Source: Limnothrix sp. BL-A-16 (GTDB lineage Bacteria; Cyanobacteriota; Cyanobacteriia; CACIAM-69d). From it: a stretch of 64,000 nucleotides of DNA. This document shows, piece after piece, positions 31,801 through 41,328 of this stretch; positions within the stretch are counted from its first letter, which is position 1; every line of letters starts with the position of its first letter. Location: NCBI GenBank assembly GCA_041937175.2, contig CP166615.1, forward strand, positions 288,001-352,000, written 5' to 3'. The notes below the pieces were generated by a model. That model had not been told where the DNA came from and searched no databases. It saw only the letters and a list, made by a program, of their open reading frames with translations. The translations under genes were made by a program, and so were the position numbers.

Positions 31801-32027
31801 AACCGAAAGGTAAAGTTAACGGTCGCTTCCGTTTCGCCCGCGAAAATTACATCATCTTCGGTGGAAGCGCGACTTTTACCCCAAATTGACCAAGCCATGG
31901 CTTCCAGTAGTGATGACTTCCCTGCACCATTGGCTCCACAAATACAAGCCGTTTGCAGCCCCCCAAAGTGTAGGGTTGCTTCTCGATAACTGAGGAAATT
32001 TTTGAGGATGAGCTGTTCGGGGATCAC
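28869..32027 (-). CDS. sbcC: SbcC (SMC/Rad50-like ATPase)
   Basis: LKNFLSY, GANGAGKSS, CPLC hook, long coiled coil, YSGGE, IIDEGFG. Confidence 0.93.
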   Translation of the reverse strand: MIPEQLILKNFLSYREATLHFGGLQTACICGANGAGKSSLLEAMAWSIWGKSRASTEDDVIFAGETEATVNFTFRFGHEVYRVIRTRRLGQTTALEFQMAIDEGDPDQWAFRSLTERGARATQAAILQRLRLDYDTFVNSAYLRQGRADEFMLKTPADRKDILADLLKLGQYDDLAEQAKERSKLLKGETKQLEESIQSQEQKLADRASLAQELATIEQQLKALRGDRQKAEARLEQLRSIAAQRQTQQQQLQWIQQQQQTIRQELERLAQEGQRLAHRQAEIDRTLAAQTEIEAGIQQLQQWQREDEMLGQKSQQYHQWITEQNQRQQALDREVNRLENEQRTLHSRLQDLAQQEQELQSILNQRSEVESAATQWQAARHHLNQLEQMQTQAAPLVQRRQQLLQEGDRVRSRLVARLEELQNLQQRAMASVARRPQLVQQWEQIDQRIQTLENRKVYQDRVQEKGTERKGFIDRLTGMQVDLQNQLAKLTEKMTLLAEQPAIQKSQNQEIHEISEDYGACPLCDQPLDQHHLERVQAKQKLEETELRDRLWVLQEQLALTEREIQILRQEYRDLKQELQPLNSLIEERGKLQEQLQTLEQEQISLAAQEATIAQLTATLDWFDRGGSVPEPLPELGRSLPDLRHELAELDDRLTALNFDDRNLALARAEVDRWRWVELKQHELNQAQRKLEQLQQRRPALLAERDRLQKTLASHLDPAEPTSLTAQLALIKKQLAALNYQPDHHEQVRAKLRSAQGWLARAETLRQCQQEAPQLLDRQRQLTQAQQTQTETQNQLAKQWAEVQAQLTSQPDPSQDLQQLDVQLNDLQRAIESTVAKQAQLSQQQEFLQQLAEQIGRDRQQLQQKHHQQRVYDELAKAFGKNGIQALAIETLLPQLEAEANRILSQLSANQLHINFVTQRLKKTATKRQKATDLASATIETLEIQIADAQGTRPYETYSGGESFRINFAIRLALSRLLAQRSGTALQLLIIDEGFGTQDDAGRDRLVAAINAIAPDFGCILTVTHIPQLKEAFTARIEVQKTAEGSKLAVFL

Positions 32028-32309
32028 GGTTAACCTCTGCCCTGCCTCTCCCAACCCATTGCTGATGAATGAGCTGGATTAATCTTGCTGAATGAGTTAC
32101 TTTTCAGGCTCATTTTGACATTTTTGGCACTCCTTTTGGGTGCTCATTCAAAAACAGGCTATAACCAGAAACGGCAGCCCCCGTATGGGGGGCGATCGCC
32201 CAAGCCCTGGCTCCGGGGCGACCTGGGCAACTGTCCAGCCCCCTTCAACACCTACCCTTCTCAACCACTGATCGTCTATTGATCGTCTATTTTTTAGGCT
32301 CTCTGAACC

Positions 32310-33458
32310 ATGGCAAAAGTTGGCTATTTGGTTAACCGCCGCAGCGGCAAAAAGATTCGGGTTGGCGCTTGTGTCAAATCCACAAGCAAGCCGCCGAGAT
32401 TTAGCCTGTTTCAGTCAAAACTTGGTGCTGATCAGTTGCCTGGCCGCGTTGATTTGCGTCAATATCTGACCCCCGTTGAAGATCAATCCACCGTCGGCAG
32501 TTGCACCGCCAACGCGATCGCCGGAGCCTATGAATATTTAGCGCAGCGGGCCAACGGAGAAGCGGGCGACATCAGCCGCCTGTTTATCTACTACAACACT
32601 CGACGCGCCGAAGGAACTGTGGGCGACGGTGGCAGTTCCATCAGCGGCAGCATCCAAGTGCTTGAAGAAGTGGGCGCTTGCACCGAAGAAACGTGGCCCT
32701 ATGTTCCTGAAGAATTTGACACGGAACCCTCCCCAGAGGCTTACGAAGAAGCCCAGAATTTTTTGGTAGATGAAGCGCGTGAAATTCCCATTGATTTAGC
32801 AGCCATGAAAAGCTGTTTGGCGGAGGGTTATCCCTTTGCTTTTGGTTTGATTCTCTACGATTCTTTTAATCAAGCGGGAAAAGGCGGCCGCGTTCCGTTG
32901 CCCAGCCGCAATGAACAAGTTCGCGAAACCCACGGGGCCCATGCCATGCTCTGTGTGGGTTATTCTGATCGCAATGAAGCCTTTATTGTGCGCAATTCTT
33001 GGGGATCGGATTGGGGCGATCAAGGCTATTGCTACATCCCCTATGACTACATGACCAACACGGATTTGTGTTTCGATTGTTGGGCAATTCAGCAAGTTTC
33101 GGATCTGGATTTTTCGGCTGGCATCTACAGCGATGATGACGAAGAATTTGCCAGTGACTACAACTCTGAGGATGATGAGAGTGATTATGATTACTCAGAG
33201 GAAGAAGACGAAGGAATCAGCATCTCGGTAGACTACGACGGCGAAGAAGGCGACGAGGAAGAAGAATACGACGAAGAAGATTACGGAGATTCGGAGGAGG
33301 AGGAAGAAGATTATGAGGAAGAGGAAGAGGAGGAAGAAGATTACGAGGAAGAAGTAGAAGAGGACTACGAAGAAGAAGAGGAGGAAGATTACGAGGAGGA
33401 GGAAGAAGATTACGAGGAGGAGGAAGAAGATTACGAGGAGGAGGAGGAAGAAGAGTAA
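32310..33458 (+). CDS. Peptidase C1 (papain-like) with acidic C-terminal tail
   Basis: DQSTVGSCTANA, HAMLCVGY, RNSWG; C-terminal E/D/Y repeats. Confidence 0.92.
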   Translation: MAKVGYLVNRRSGKKIRVGACVKSTSKPPRFSLFQSKLGADQLPGRVDLRQYLTPVEDQSTVGSCTANAIAGAYEYLAQRANGEAGDISRLFIYYNTRRAEGTVGDGGSSISGSIQVLEEVGACTEETWPYVPEEFDTEPSPEAYEEAQNFLVDEAREIPIDLAAMKSCLAEGYPFAFGLILYDSFNQAGKGGRVPLPSRNEQVRETHGAHAMLCVGYSDRNEAFIVRNSWGSDWGDQGYCYIPYDYMTNTDLCFDCWAIQQVSDLDFSAGIYSDDDEEFASDYNSEDDESDYDYSEEEDEGISISVDYDGEEGDEEEEYDEEDYGDSEEEEEDYEEEEEEEEDYEEEVEEDYEEEEEEDYEEEEEDYEEEEEDYEEEEEEE

Positions 33459-33572
33459 GTTGCTGATTGGGCATTCGCTCGATCGACCCTTTGGCTGTTC
33501 TCGGTTCTTCAGTGATTAATCAACGGATCGGCCGATCGAGAATTGACCGATCGACCAATCGGCTGTCTTGGG

Positions 33573-33592
33573 CAAGGGGCTTCAGCCCCTTG
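33573..33592. repeat. Solo palindrome variant CAAGGGGCTTCAGCCCCTTG
   Basis: One mismatch to the family core. Confidence 0.8.
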
Positions 33593-33708
33593 TCTGAAGT
33601 GGTTTCAAGGTTTTTCTCATGGGCTTTGCCATAGCCACTGGCCAGCCTCAATGTTGCAAAAGTTGGCGGGGACTCATGCAGGGCGATCGGGTCACGCGAC
33701 ACTAAGGG

Positions 33709-34809
33709 ATGGTTCTTGTTCCCAGCGCCATGCAATCCACCGAGTTTTTGCCCCAACCCGCCACCAGCACCGCGCCCGAGGCCGCCCAAGCGACCCAAAA
33801 TCGCAAGGCTGACCACCTGCGAGCCTGCTTGCAAGATGATGTGCAGTTCCGGCAGGTGGGTAGCGGCTTGGATCGCTACCGATTTGAGCATTGCTGTTTG
33901 CCGGAACTGGATCGATCGACCATTGATCCCAGCACTCAATTTTTGGGCAAACCGCTGCGGGCCCCGTTGCTGATTTCCTCCATGACCGGCGGCACAGACC
34001 AGGCAGAACAAATCAATCTGCGGTTGGCGGCGGCGGCCCAGCGCTGGGGCTTGGCCATGGGGGTTGGCTCACAGCGGGTGGCAGTGGAGCGGCCGGAGGT
34101 GCGCCGAACCTTTGCGGTGCGATCGGTCGCCCCAGACATTCCGCTGTTTGCCAACCTGGGGGCGGTGCAGCTTAACTATCGCTATGGTTTGGCTGAGTGC
34201 CAGTCCTTGGTGGATTGGTTGGAAGCAGATGCGTTGATTTTGCATCTGAACCCCTTGCAGGAGGCGGTGCAAACCAAGGGCGATCGCAACTTTGCGGGGT
34301 TGCTCGATCGAATCGCAGACCTTTGTGCCCAACTGCCCGTGCCTGTGATTGCCAAGGAGGTGGGCAACGGCATTTCGCGCACCATGGCTGAAAAGTTGAT
34401 GGCGGCCGGTGTCCAGGCGATCGACGTGGCCGGAGCGGGGGGCACGTCTTGGGCCAAGGTGGAGAGCGTGCGGGCTTTGGATCCTAAACAGCGCCGCTTG
34501 GGCGAAACCTTCGGTGATTGGGGCATTCCCACGGCTGAATGCATCACTGCAATTCGGCAGGTGGCTCCAACGATTCCGCTCATTGCGTCCGGCGGTCTGC
34601 GCAATGGTTTGGATGCGGCTAAGGCGATCGCCCTCGGGGCAAATTTGGCGGGGTTCGCCATGCCCTTTTTACATGCGGCTAATGAGTCTGACGGTGCTTT
34701 GGATTTTCTGTGTGATGTGTTGATTGCGGAACTGGAAACCGCCATGTTTTGCACCGGCAATCGCACGATCGAGGATCTACAAACTCGCGGCCGACTGCAA
34801 CTTCAGTAG
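33709..34809 (+). CDS. fni: Type 2 isopentenyl-diphosphate delta-isomerase
   Basis: RKADH, ISSMTGG, GVGSQR, HLNPLQE, KEVGNG, GAGGTSW. Confidence 0.95.
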   Translation: MVLVPSAMQSTEFLPQPATSTAPEAAQATQNRKADHLRACLQDDVQFRQVGSGLDRYRFEHCCLPELDRSTIDPSTQFLGKPLRAPLLISSMTGGTDQAEQINLRLAAAAQRWGLAMGVGSQRVAVERPEVRRTFAVRSVAPDIPLFANLGAVQLNYRYGLAECQSLVDWLEADALILHLNPLQEAVQTKGDRNFAGLLDRIADLCAQLPVPVIAKEVGNGISRTMAEKLMAAGVQAIDVAGAGGTSWAKVESVRALDPKQRRLGETFGDWGIPTAECITAIRQVAPTIPLIASGGLRNGLDAAKAIALGANLAGFAMPFLHAANESDGALDFLCDVLIAELETAMFCTGNRTIEDLQTRGRLQLQ

Positions 34810-35379
34810 GCAACTGTGCCTGATGGCAATTGCTTCTTGGGAGCTGAGGGGATGATCCCTTCAGCGATTCCTCAAGATGGGGTCAAATTGGATCGTTGCT
34901 TGAGCCAGACTTTAAAAATAGTAGAATTTTGAGTGATCACAATCACAATCAAAATGTAATTTGCAGTTTCCCGAGTTAGGGACGCGGCCCACTTTCCTTG
35001 GGCTAGGGATTAAGATCAAGATAGCAAGATAAAGATAGAATAAGTATAAGCTTCTGACGATTCATTGTAACCACTTCATCAGTGGCTTTTCTTTGCTTTT
35101 TTTGCTCTTGAAGAATGCGCCTCAAAAGGTGGCGTTGCTTTTTTCATGGCCTTTTTCAGGGCTGTTTGGACGGCTGTTGAGATGGCCTTGATGGGTGAGT
35201 CCTGACTTCCTGGTGTTGAGTAGTTTGGCAAACGTTGCTCAACCCGATCGCCCCGAAGCTGCGACCAATGCCCTGTTCAAAATCACTGCCCGATCGTTGC
35301 TCTGGTGACCCAATGGGGAAGAGCGATCAGGCTTGAAATTCATCTTTTCCCGATCAATCTTCTCTCTAGCGTTAGGTTC

Positions 35380-36429
35380 ATGACCAATTCCCAGGCGATT
35401 GCAGCCAACTCAGAACCCATTCGACGATTGGCGACGGGCAGGGCAGAATCGCCATCCCGGCCGTTTGATCCCGGATCGTTTCTAATTTTGGTGGTTGATG
35501 ATGTCAGCCAAAATGTGCGCCTGTCGATCGAAATGCTAGATCAGGCGGGCTATGAAACCACATTTGCCATGACGGGAGCCGAAGCGTTGATGAGGGTGCA
35601 ATCGGCCCAACCGGATCTGATTTTGCTGGATTTGATGATGCCGGGAATGAGCGGTTTGCAACTGTGCGATCGCCTGAAAGACGATCCGACCCTGCGGGAT
35701 ATTCCCGTGTTGTTTGTCACGGCCAGCAACGAAGAAACCCACATGCTCGAAGCCTTTCAGCTTGGCGCTGTGGACTACATCACCAAGCCCTTTCGCTCGG
35801 CGGAACTCTTGGCTCGGGTGCGGGTGCATTTGGAACTCAAGCAAGCACGCGATCGCCTCAGTCAGGCCCTGAATGCCCTGCAACGAACCCACGCCCAACT
35901 GCAAAGCGCCTACACCGAATTGGGCCGCTTGGCCACCACCGATCCCCTGACCGGTTTGGCCAATCGTCGGCATTGGATGACCCTGGCCAAAAAGGAATTT
36001 CAGCGCAGTTGTCGCTACCAACATCCCCTTTCGGTGTTGATGTTGGATTTGGATCACTTCAAGGCCGTGAACGATACCTATGGCCATGCCGTGGGCGATT
36101 TGGCCCTGGCCACGGCCACCCAAGCCGCCAGCAGCATTTTGCGAACTCAGGATTGTCTGGGGCGCTATGGGGGTGAGGAATTTGTGATGCTGTTGCCGGA
36201 GACCGATGCGGCTGCCGCTGCGATCGTGGCGGAACGGATTCGCAAGGCGATCGCCGATCCGACCATCACCAGTTTGCCCAGCGCCCCGGGCTTAACCCTA
36301 ACGGTCAGCATTGGCGGCACTAGTTGCCAGTCCACCGACACCTCGATCGAGGCGGCCTTAAACCGGGCCGATCGGGCCCTCTACCAAGCCAAAAACCGGG
36401 GCCGCAATCGAGTGATGATGGTGCTGTAG
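35380..36429 (+). CDS. REC-GGDEF diguanylate cyclase
   Basis: LVVDD receiver, TDPLTGLANRR, DLDHFKAVND, RTQD I-site, GGEEF. Confidence 0.93.
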   Translation: MTNSQAIAANSEPIRRLATGRAESPSRPFDPGSFLILVVDDVSQNVRLSIEMLDQAGYETTFAMTGAEALMRVQSAQPDLILLDLMMPGMSGLQLCDRLKDDPTLRDIPVLFVTASNEETHMLEAFQLGAVDYITKPFRSAELLARVRVHLELKQARDRLSQALNALQRTHAQLQSAYTELGRLATTDPLTGLANRRHWMTLAKKEFQRSCRYQHPLSVLMLDLDHFKAVNDTYGHAVGDLALATATQAASSILRTQDCLGRYGGEEFVMLLPETDAAAAAIVAERIRKAIADPTITSLPSAPGLTLTVSIGGTSCQSTDTSIEAALNRADRALYQAKNRGRNRVMMVL

Positions 36430-36494
36430 CGGCCGATTGTTTACGGTTGATTAACCCTCGGCAAGGGCCCACTGCTGGCCGAGGTGCGATAAAC

Positions 36495-36525
36495 TGTTAC
36501 GAAATGTAAAACTCAAAACGTAACA
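36495..36525. promoter_or_regulatory. HLR1-like/inverted TTAC motifs upstream of the hli gene
   Basis: TGTTACG...CGTAACA inverted repeat; the minus strand reads TTTACATT-TC-GTAACAGT, similar to the RpaB HLR1 element. Confidence 0.4.
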
Positions 36526-36540
36526 ATTCAGGAACAAACC

Positions 36541-36711
36541 ATGACTCAACCACAACCGACCACCACCCCCAACCTCGAAGAACCCAAATTTGGCTTCAAT
36601 GACTATGCCGAGCGCCTGAATGGCCGCGCCGCCATGGTGGGTTTCCTGCTGGCTTTGGCGATCGAGGCGGTGACGGGTCAAGGGCTGTTGGCTTGGTTGG
36701 GCCTGCTGTAG
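36541..36711 (+). CDS. High-light-inducible protein (HLIP/Scp)
   Basis: 56 aa, below the ORF-track cutoff: MTQPQPTTTPNLEEPKFGFNDYAERLNGRAAMVGF..., with the ExxNxR chlorophyll-binding motif. Confidence 0.95.
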   Translation: MTQPQPTTTPNLEEPKFGFNDYAERLNGRAAMVGFLLALAIEAVTGQGLLAWLGLL

Positions 36712-37016
36712 GGGCCTGCTGTTGTCCGTTGCTTGGCAACCCGCTGCAACGGGTTGAGCTTGTTGAGCGGGATTTGCCAAGCCTAATCCTTTGCGAAATT
36801 AAGGGCGCAGCCCCTGCCCGATCGCTCGGCCCAAGAAGCGGGTGGGTGTGGGTGCGTCTCTTTGTTGAAGGCATTGACGCTGAAGATATTGACAGCAGCA
36901 GAAAAAATTTCTAGCAGCAGAAAGGTTTATACAATCAGAGTTAGGGGTGACGTGGCTAGGAATCAGCCATCGTGTGGGGACGACCCTTGGGATCAAAACC
37001 GCTGAGGACTAAACCG

Positions 37017-37370
37017 ATGGGTAAGCGTTGGCCGCGGCTGTTGCAACAACGATATCGACGAGAGCCGATCGCCGCCTTCGTGCTAACCATGGGCCTGGTG
37101 CAGGTGACGATCGGGGGTGCAGATAGTGACGCAGGCTTGGCCGCTTTGGGGCTAATCTTTTTGGGCACGGCCGCTGCTCTCTATTGGCTGAAATATTCTG
37201 CGCGCGTGATTGACGCGGCCCGATCGCCCCGCATCACCTACCGCAGTTCTCGCCCCGATCGCTTGCCCGTTTTGCCCGCAGCCCCCCAGCTAACCCCGGT
37301 CTATTCAGATCGATCGCGATCGCCCCTGCCGCCCTTGCGCCTCCGCGATCGCCCCAATTCCGCCGACTAG
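37017..37370 (+). CDS. Hypothetical two-TM protein
   Basis: YRREPIAAFVLTMG followed by two hydrophobic helices. Confidence 0.7.
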   Translation: MGKRWPRLLQQRYRREPIAAFVLTMGLVQVTIGGADSDAGLAALGLIFLGTAAALYWLKYSARVIDAARSPRITYRSSRPDRLPVLPAAPQLTPVYSDRSRSPLPPLRLRDRPNSAD

Positions 37371-37457
37371 CCCTTGTCGCCAGCCTCCGCGATTCCCAGC
37401 CTTCTCGAATGAATCCAGAATTCTGAGCGAATCATCGTCCCGATCGAGCCGCATTGC

Positions 37458-38366
37458 ATGAGCGATCTTTGCACCATCAGCCGTCGTGTCCAATTTTCCG
37501 CAAGCTACCGTTACTGGTTGCCGGAACTGACAGAGGCGGAAAATCATCGACGGTTCGGGATCGCCGCTCGATCGCCCGGCAGCACCTTCACGCTTTGGGT
37601 GCAAGTCCAAGGGCCGATCGATCCCTTTGGCATGGTGGCCAACCTGTCCACCACCATCAAACGCGCCCTGCAACGGGAAGTACTCGAACCCTTGCACGGA
37701 GCCAACCTCAACCAAATTTGGCCAGAATTTGCCAACACCCTACCCACCAGCGAGTGGCTGGCCCAGGTGCTGTGGCAGCGATTGGGCCAATGTTGGCAGC
37801 GGCAGGGTTTGCAACTGCGACAAGTGCAACTGTCGCCCGATCCCGGTTTAGTTGTGGAATATCGAGGGCAAGCTATGGAAGCTCATCTAACGGTTCATAC
37901 GCACTTCAGCGCCGCCCATCGTTTGGCTTTGCCAACCCTAACTTTGGCTCAAAATAGCGAAATTTATGGCAAATGTTCCCGCCCCAGTGGCCATGGCCAC
38001 AACTACCAATTGTGGGTGACGGTGCGCGGTCAAATTGACCCTAGAACGGGGATGGTTGTTGAACTCAACCGGCTCCATGATCTCATTGAAATGCAAGTGG
38101 TGGAGCCGCTTGATCACACCTTTTTGAATCAGGACATTGCCTACTTTCAAGACATTGTGCCCACGGCGGAAAATATTGCCGTTTATATTCGCGATCAACT
38201 GCTGGAACCAGTGCGAGAGTTGGGAGTGCAGTTGGTAAAAATTCGGCTGGATGAAACCGAAAATAATTCCTGCGAAGTGTATGTGCAAACGGAAGCCCCG
38301 TGGGTCGATCGCCCCGTGATCAGCGCGATCGACCAAGGAAAACCGGTGAGCGTAAGTGCAAACTAG
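37458..38366 (+). CDS. queD: Tandem-domain 6-carboxytetrahydropterin/PTPS synthase
   Basis: C-terminal domain FSAAHRL, CSRPSGHGHNY, LDHTFLN, PTAENIA. Confidence 0.88.
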   Translation: MSDLCTISRRVQFSASYRYWLPELTEAENHRRFGIAARSPGSTFTLWVQVQGPIDPFGMVANLSTTIKRALQREVLEPLHGANLNQIWPEFANTLPTSEWLAQVLWQRLGQCWQRQGLQLRQVQLSPDPGLVVEYRGQAMEAHLTVHTHFSAAHRLALPTLTLAQNSEIYGKCSRPSGHGHNYQLWVTVRGQIDPRTGMVVELNRLHDLIEMQVVEPLDHTFLNQDIAYFQDIVPTAENIAVYIRDQLLEPVRELGVQLVKIRLDETENNSCEVYVQTEAPWVDRPVISAIDQGKPVSVSAN

Positions 38367-38381
38367 GGCAGTCTGTGCGAG

Positions 38382-38708
38382 CTATTCAAACCGCACCGCC
38401 GTGCCACTCACCGCCACCATCAACATGCCGCCGCCGTTGGACAGGCTAATGGTTTCGTAATCAATATCAATGCCAATGATGCCGTTTGCCCCCAATTCGG
38501 TGGCAGCAGCTTTCATTTCATTCATGGCGATGTCTTTGGCCTTGCGCAGTTCTTTTTCGTAGGAACCCGATCGCCCGCCAATCACGTCTCGGATGCCAGC
38601 GAAAAAGTCCTTGAAAATGTTTGCCCCCAAGATCGCTTCGCCACTGACCACGCCGTAATAGGAAATGATGCGCTTGCCTTCGAGGCTGGAGGTTGTGGTT
38701 AGCAACAT
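38382..38708 (-). CDS. YbjQ/UPF0145 family protein
   Basis: [28 protein letters not shown]. Confidence 0.93.
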   Translation of the reverse strand: MLLTTTSSLEGKRIISYYGVVSGEAILGANIFKDFFAGIRDVIGGRSGSYEKELRKAKDIAMNEMKAAATELGANGIIGIDIDYETISLSNGGGMLMVAVSGTAVRFE

Positions 38709-38936
38709 TTGGTAACTCCGGTAATCGGTTCCTTGATTGGGTTTCGCTTGATCTGATCTCTGTTGTAGCAAGGTGGATGGGCGATCGACCGAGGGGTTGT
38801 GGGGGAACGTTCACGAGTTTTGGTGGTTTTCACAGAAAAGACCCAGCTCCCCGATCGGGTCAATGGCCACTCAATCGCCACGAATGGCGGCAAACTTTGC
38901 TTGAATGGCCCGCAAATATTGCACGGGGTCTCAACC

Positions 38937-39308
38937 ATGCTGGTACGAAAGTTGGGCGACTGCGAAGAATTTGTGGCGGGCGACAATTCGATATTGCGAG
39001 AGCTGCTGCATCCCGACAAACAGCCGATCGACCTGCGCTATAGCTTGGCCCATGCCATTTTGCCTGTGGGCGAAACCTCGCTGCCCCACTCCCTGACCAC
39101 CTCTGAGGTCTACTACATCATGGCGGGGCGGGGAGAAATGCACATCGATGGCGAGGTGCAAATCATTGAGCCGGGGGATGCGGTTTATATTCCGCCCAAC
39201 GCTAAACAATTCGTGCGCAGCTTGGGGCCCGAGCCACTGACCTTCATCTGTTTGGTGGATCCGGCCTGGCGTAAAGAGGATGAAACGGTTTACGAGAGCG
39301 AACCCTAG
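38937..39308 (+). CDS. Cupin domain protein
   Basis: PHSLTTSEVYYI...GRG, PGDAVYIPP. Confidence 0.9.
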   Translation: MLVRKLGDCEEFVAGDNSILRELLHPDKQPIDLRYSLAHAILPVGETSLPHSLTTSEVYYIMAGRGEMHIDGEVQIIEPGDAVYIPPNAKQFVRSLGPEPLTFICLVDPAWRKEDETVYESEP

Positions 39309-39653
39309 GACTTGTCGCCAAATCGCCTGAAACCCTGATTCCACTGTTGACAGACCGAGAGGGACAAGGGGCTTAGGGCTTGTCGCCAAATCGCCTGAAA
39401 CCCTGATTCCACCGCTGACAGACCGAGAGGGACAAGGGGCTTAGGGCTTGTCGCCAAATCGCCTGAAACCCTGATTCCACCGTTGACAGACCGAGAGGGA
39501 CAAGGGGCTTAGGGCTTATCGTCAAATCGCCTGAAACCCTGATTCCACCGTTGACAGACCGAGAGAGACAAGGGGCTTAAGCCCCTTGTTACAGCGCTTG
39601 GGGTATGGAAAATCAACCATTTTCGTCGCATCCCCAAAAATGACGATAGACCC
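39308..39653 (+). mobile_element. MITE array: three 68-bp left halves followed by one complete 142-bp element
   Basis: Units start at 39308, 39376, 39444 and 39512; the first three end in ACAAGGGGCTTA; the right end is TGACGATAGACCC. Confidence 0.88.
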
Positions 39654-39703
39654 TGACGACCTGTGCCAGTTGCAGGGGCGATCGGGAGCAGGTGGGTTGC
39701 TAT

Positions 39704-39724
39704 TTTTGGTAAAAATTACTATAA
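39704..39724. promoter_or_regulatory. Putative NrtR operator
   Basis: 21-bp imperfect palindrome TTTTGGTAAAAATTACTATAA with a GT-N7-AC core, upstream of pncB-nadD-nrtR. Confidence 0.7.
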
Positions 39725-39761
39725 ATAAATTGACCGGCCACCCGTCAACGGCCGAAGCGGT

Positions 39762-41201
39762 GTGACTGCCTCAAGATCCCTCCTGGCGATCGCCCGATCG
39801 ATCGCTTCCCCAGTTATGTTGACCCTCACCACGCCCGACTTGGGGCCTGCAACCCTGGACGCTCAAGTGGGCAACAGCGCCCTGCTGACGGATCTGTATC
39901 AGTTGACGATGATCGCTTGCTATTGCGATCGGGCGGTGGAGCAACAAACCGCCAGTTTCGAGCTGTTTACGCGCCGGTTGCCCGATGGGTTTGGCTATTT
40001 GGTGGCCATGGGGTTGGAACAGGCTCTGCAATACCTGGAGCAGTTTCAGGTCAGCTCGTCCCAACAGGCCCAACTGCGGGCCACGGGGCTGTTTGACCAT
40101 GCGCCCGATCGGTTTTGGGATTTGTTGGCAACGGCTCGGTTTACGGGAGACCTGTGGGCCGTGCCCGAGGGAACCGTGGTGTTTGCCCATGAACCGCTGC
40201 TGCGAATTGAGGCTCCCCTCTGGCAAGCCCAGTGGGTGGAAACCTATTTGCTGAATGTGCTGAACTATCAAACCCTGGTAGCTACGCGATCGGCCCGGCT
40301 GCGGGATGTGGCGGGCGATCGGGCGCAAATTTTGGAGTTTGGCACGCGGCGGGCCTTCAGTCCCCAGGCGGCCCTGTGGGGGGCGCGGGCGGCTTTGGCG
40401 GCCGGTTTGGATGCCACTTCCAATGTGGAGGCGGCGTTGCAATTGGGGCGACAACCGGCGGGCACGATGGCCCATGCCCTGGTGATGGCCCTGGGTGCTT
40501 CCATGGGGTCGGAGCTGGCGGCGTTTGAGGCTTTTCAGGGCCTGTTTCCCAAGGGGGCGCTGCTGGTGGATACCTTTGACCCGGTGCGGGCGATCGAACA
40601 GTTGGCGGAGCGGGTGCGGGCCGGTGGGGCCCCCGTGCCGGCCATCCGGTTGGATTCGGGAGACTTGGTGAGCCTGTCACAGCTAGCGCGCGATCGATTG
40701 CCGGGAACGCAAATTTTGGTCAGCGGTGATTTGGATGAGGCAGAAATCGATCGCCTAAGGGTGGCCGGCGCTGAGATTGATGGCTATGGCGTGGGCACCA
40801 AGTTGGTGACGGGCCAGCCGGTGAATGGGGTTTATAAATTGGTGGAATTGGCGGGGCAACCGGTGGCCAAGGGTTCCAGCGGCAAGGCCACCTATCCGGG
40901 CCGGAAACAGGTGCTGCGCGATCGGAATGCAGCGGGCCGTTGGTTGGGCGATCGGCTGGTGTTGGCCGATGAAGTGCCCCTGTCAGAATCGGGATTGTTG
41001 CGGCCCGTGATGCTTGCGGGACAGCGGTTGATGGATCCAGAATCCCTGCTGACCATTGCCCAACGCACCCGATCGCAGGTTCAAAGCCTCCCGGAGGCGG
41101 TGCGATCGATCCATGACCCAACCCCAGTGCGGCCGGAACTGTCGCCTGCGCTACAATCGCTCACGACTCGGGTGCATCAGTCGATCCAAGCGGCTTCCTA
41201 A
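39762..41201 (+). CDS. pncB: Nicotinate phosphoribosyltransferase
   Basis: LLTDLYQLTM, EFGTRRA, GTMAH, LVDTFD, IRLDSGDL, GVGT; start may be ATG 39816. Confidence 0.95.
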   Translation: MTASRSLLAIARSIASPVMLTLTTPDLGPATLDAQVGNSALLTDLYQLTMIACYCDRAVEQQTASFELFTRRLPDGFGYLVAMGLEQALQYLEQFQVSSSQQAQLRATGLFDHAPDRFWDLLATARFTGDLWAVPEGTVVFAHEPLLRIEAPLWQAQWVETYLLNVLNYQTLVATRSARLRDVAGDRAQILEFGTRRAFSPQAALWGARAALAAGLDATSNVEAALQLGRQPAGTMAHALVMALGASMGSELAAFEAFQGLFPKGALLVDTFDPVRAIEQLAERVRAGGAPVPAIRLDSGDLVSLSQLARDRLPGTQILVSGDLDEAEIDRLRVAGAEIDGYGVGTKLVTGQPVNGVYKLVELAGQPVAKGSSGKATYPGRKQVLRDRNAAGRWLGDRLVLADEVPLSESGLLRPVMLAGQRLMDPESLLTIAQRTRSQVQSLPEAVRSIHDPTPVRPELSPALQSLTTRVHQSIQAAS

Positions 41202-41328
41202 GCGGCTTCCCACGCTCCTTCCCAAACAGTCCCAAGGCCAGCACCCCAGTGATTGCCAATTCCGCTCCATCAACCCGTCATTGTCCACAAACCTGTATTC
41301 CTGCCGTTGTTTTGGCGGCCAGAATCCC

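Noticed and set aside
39308..39653. CRISPR array
   Set aside because: The would-be spacers are near-identical, the units are MITE halves, and there are no cas genes.
41056..41328. N-terminal extension of nadD
   Set aside because: It overlaps pncB; the conserved fold starts at 41329.
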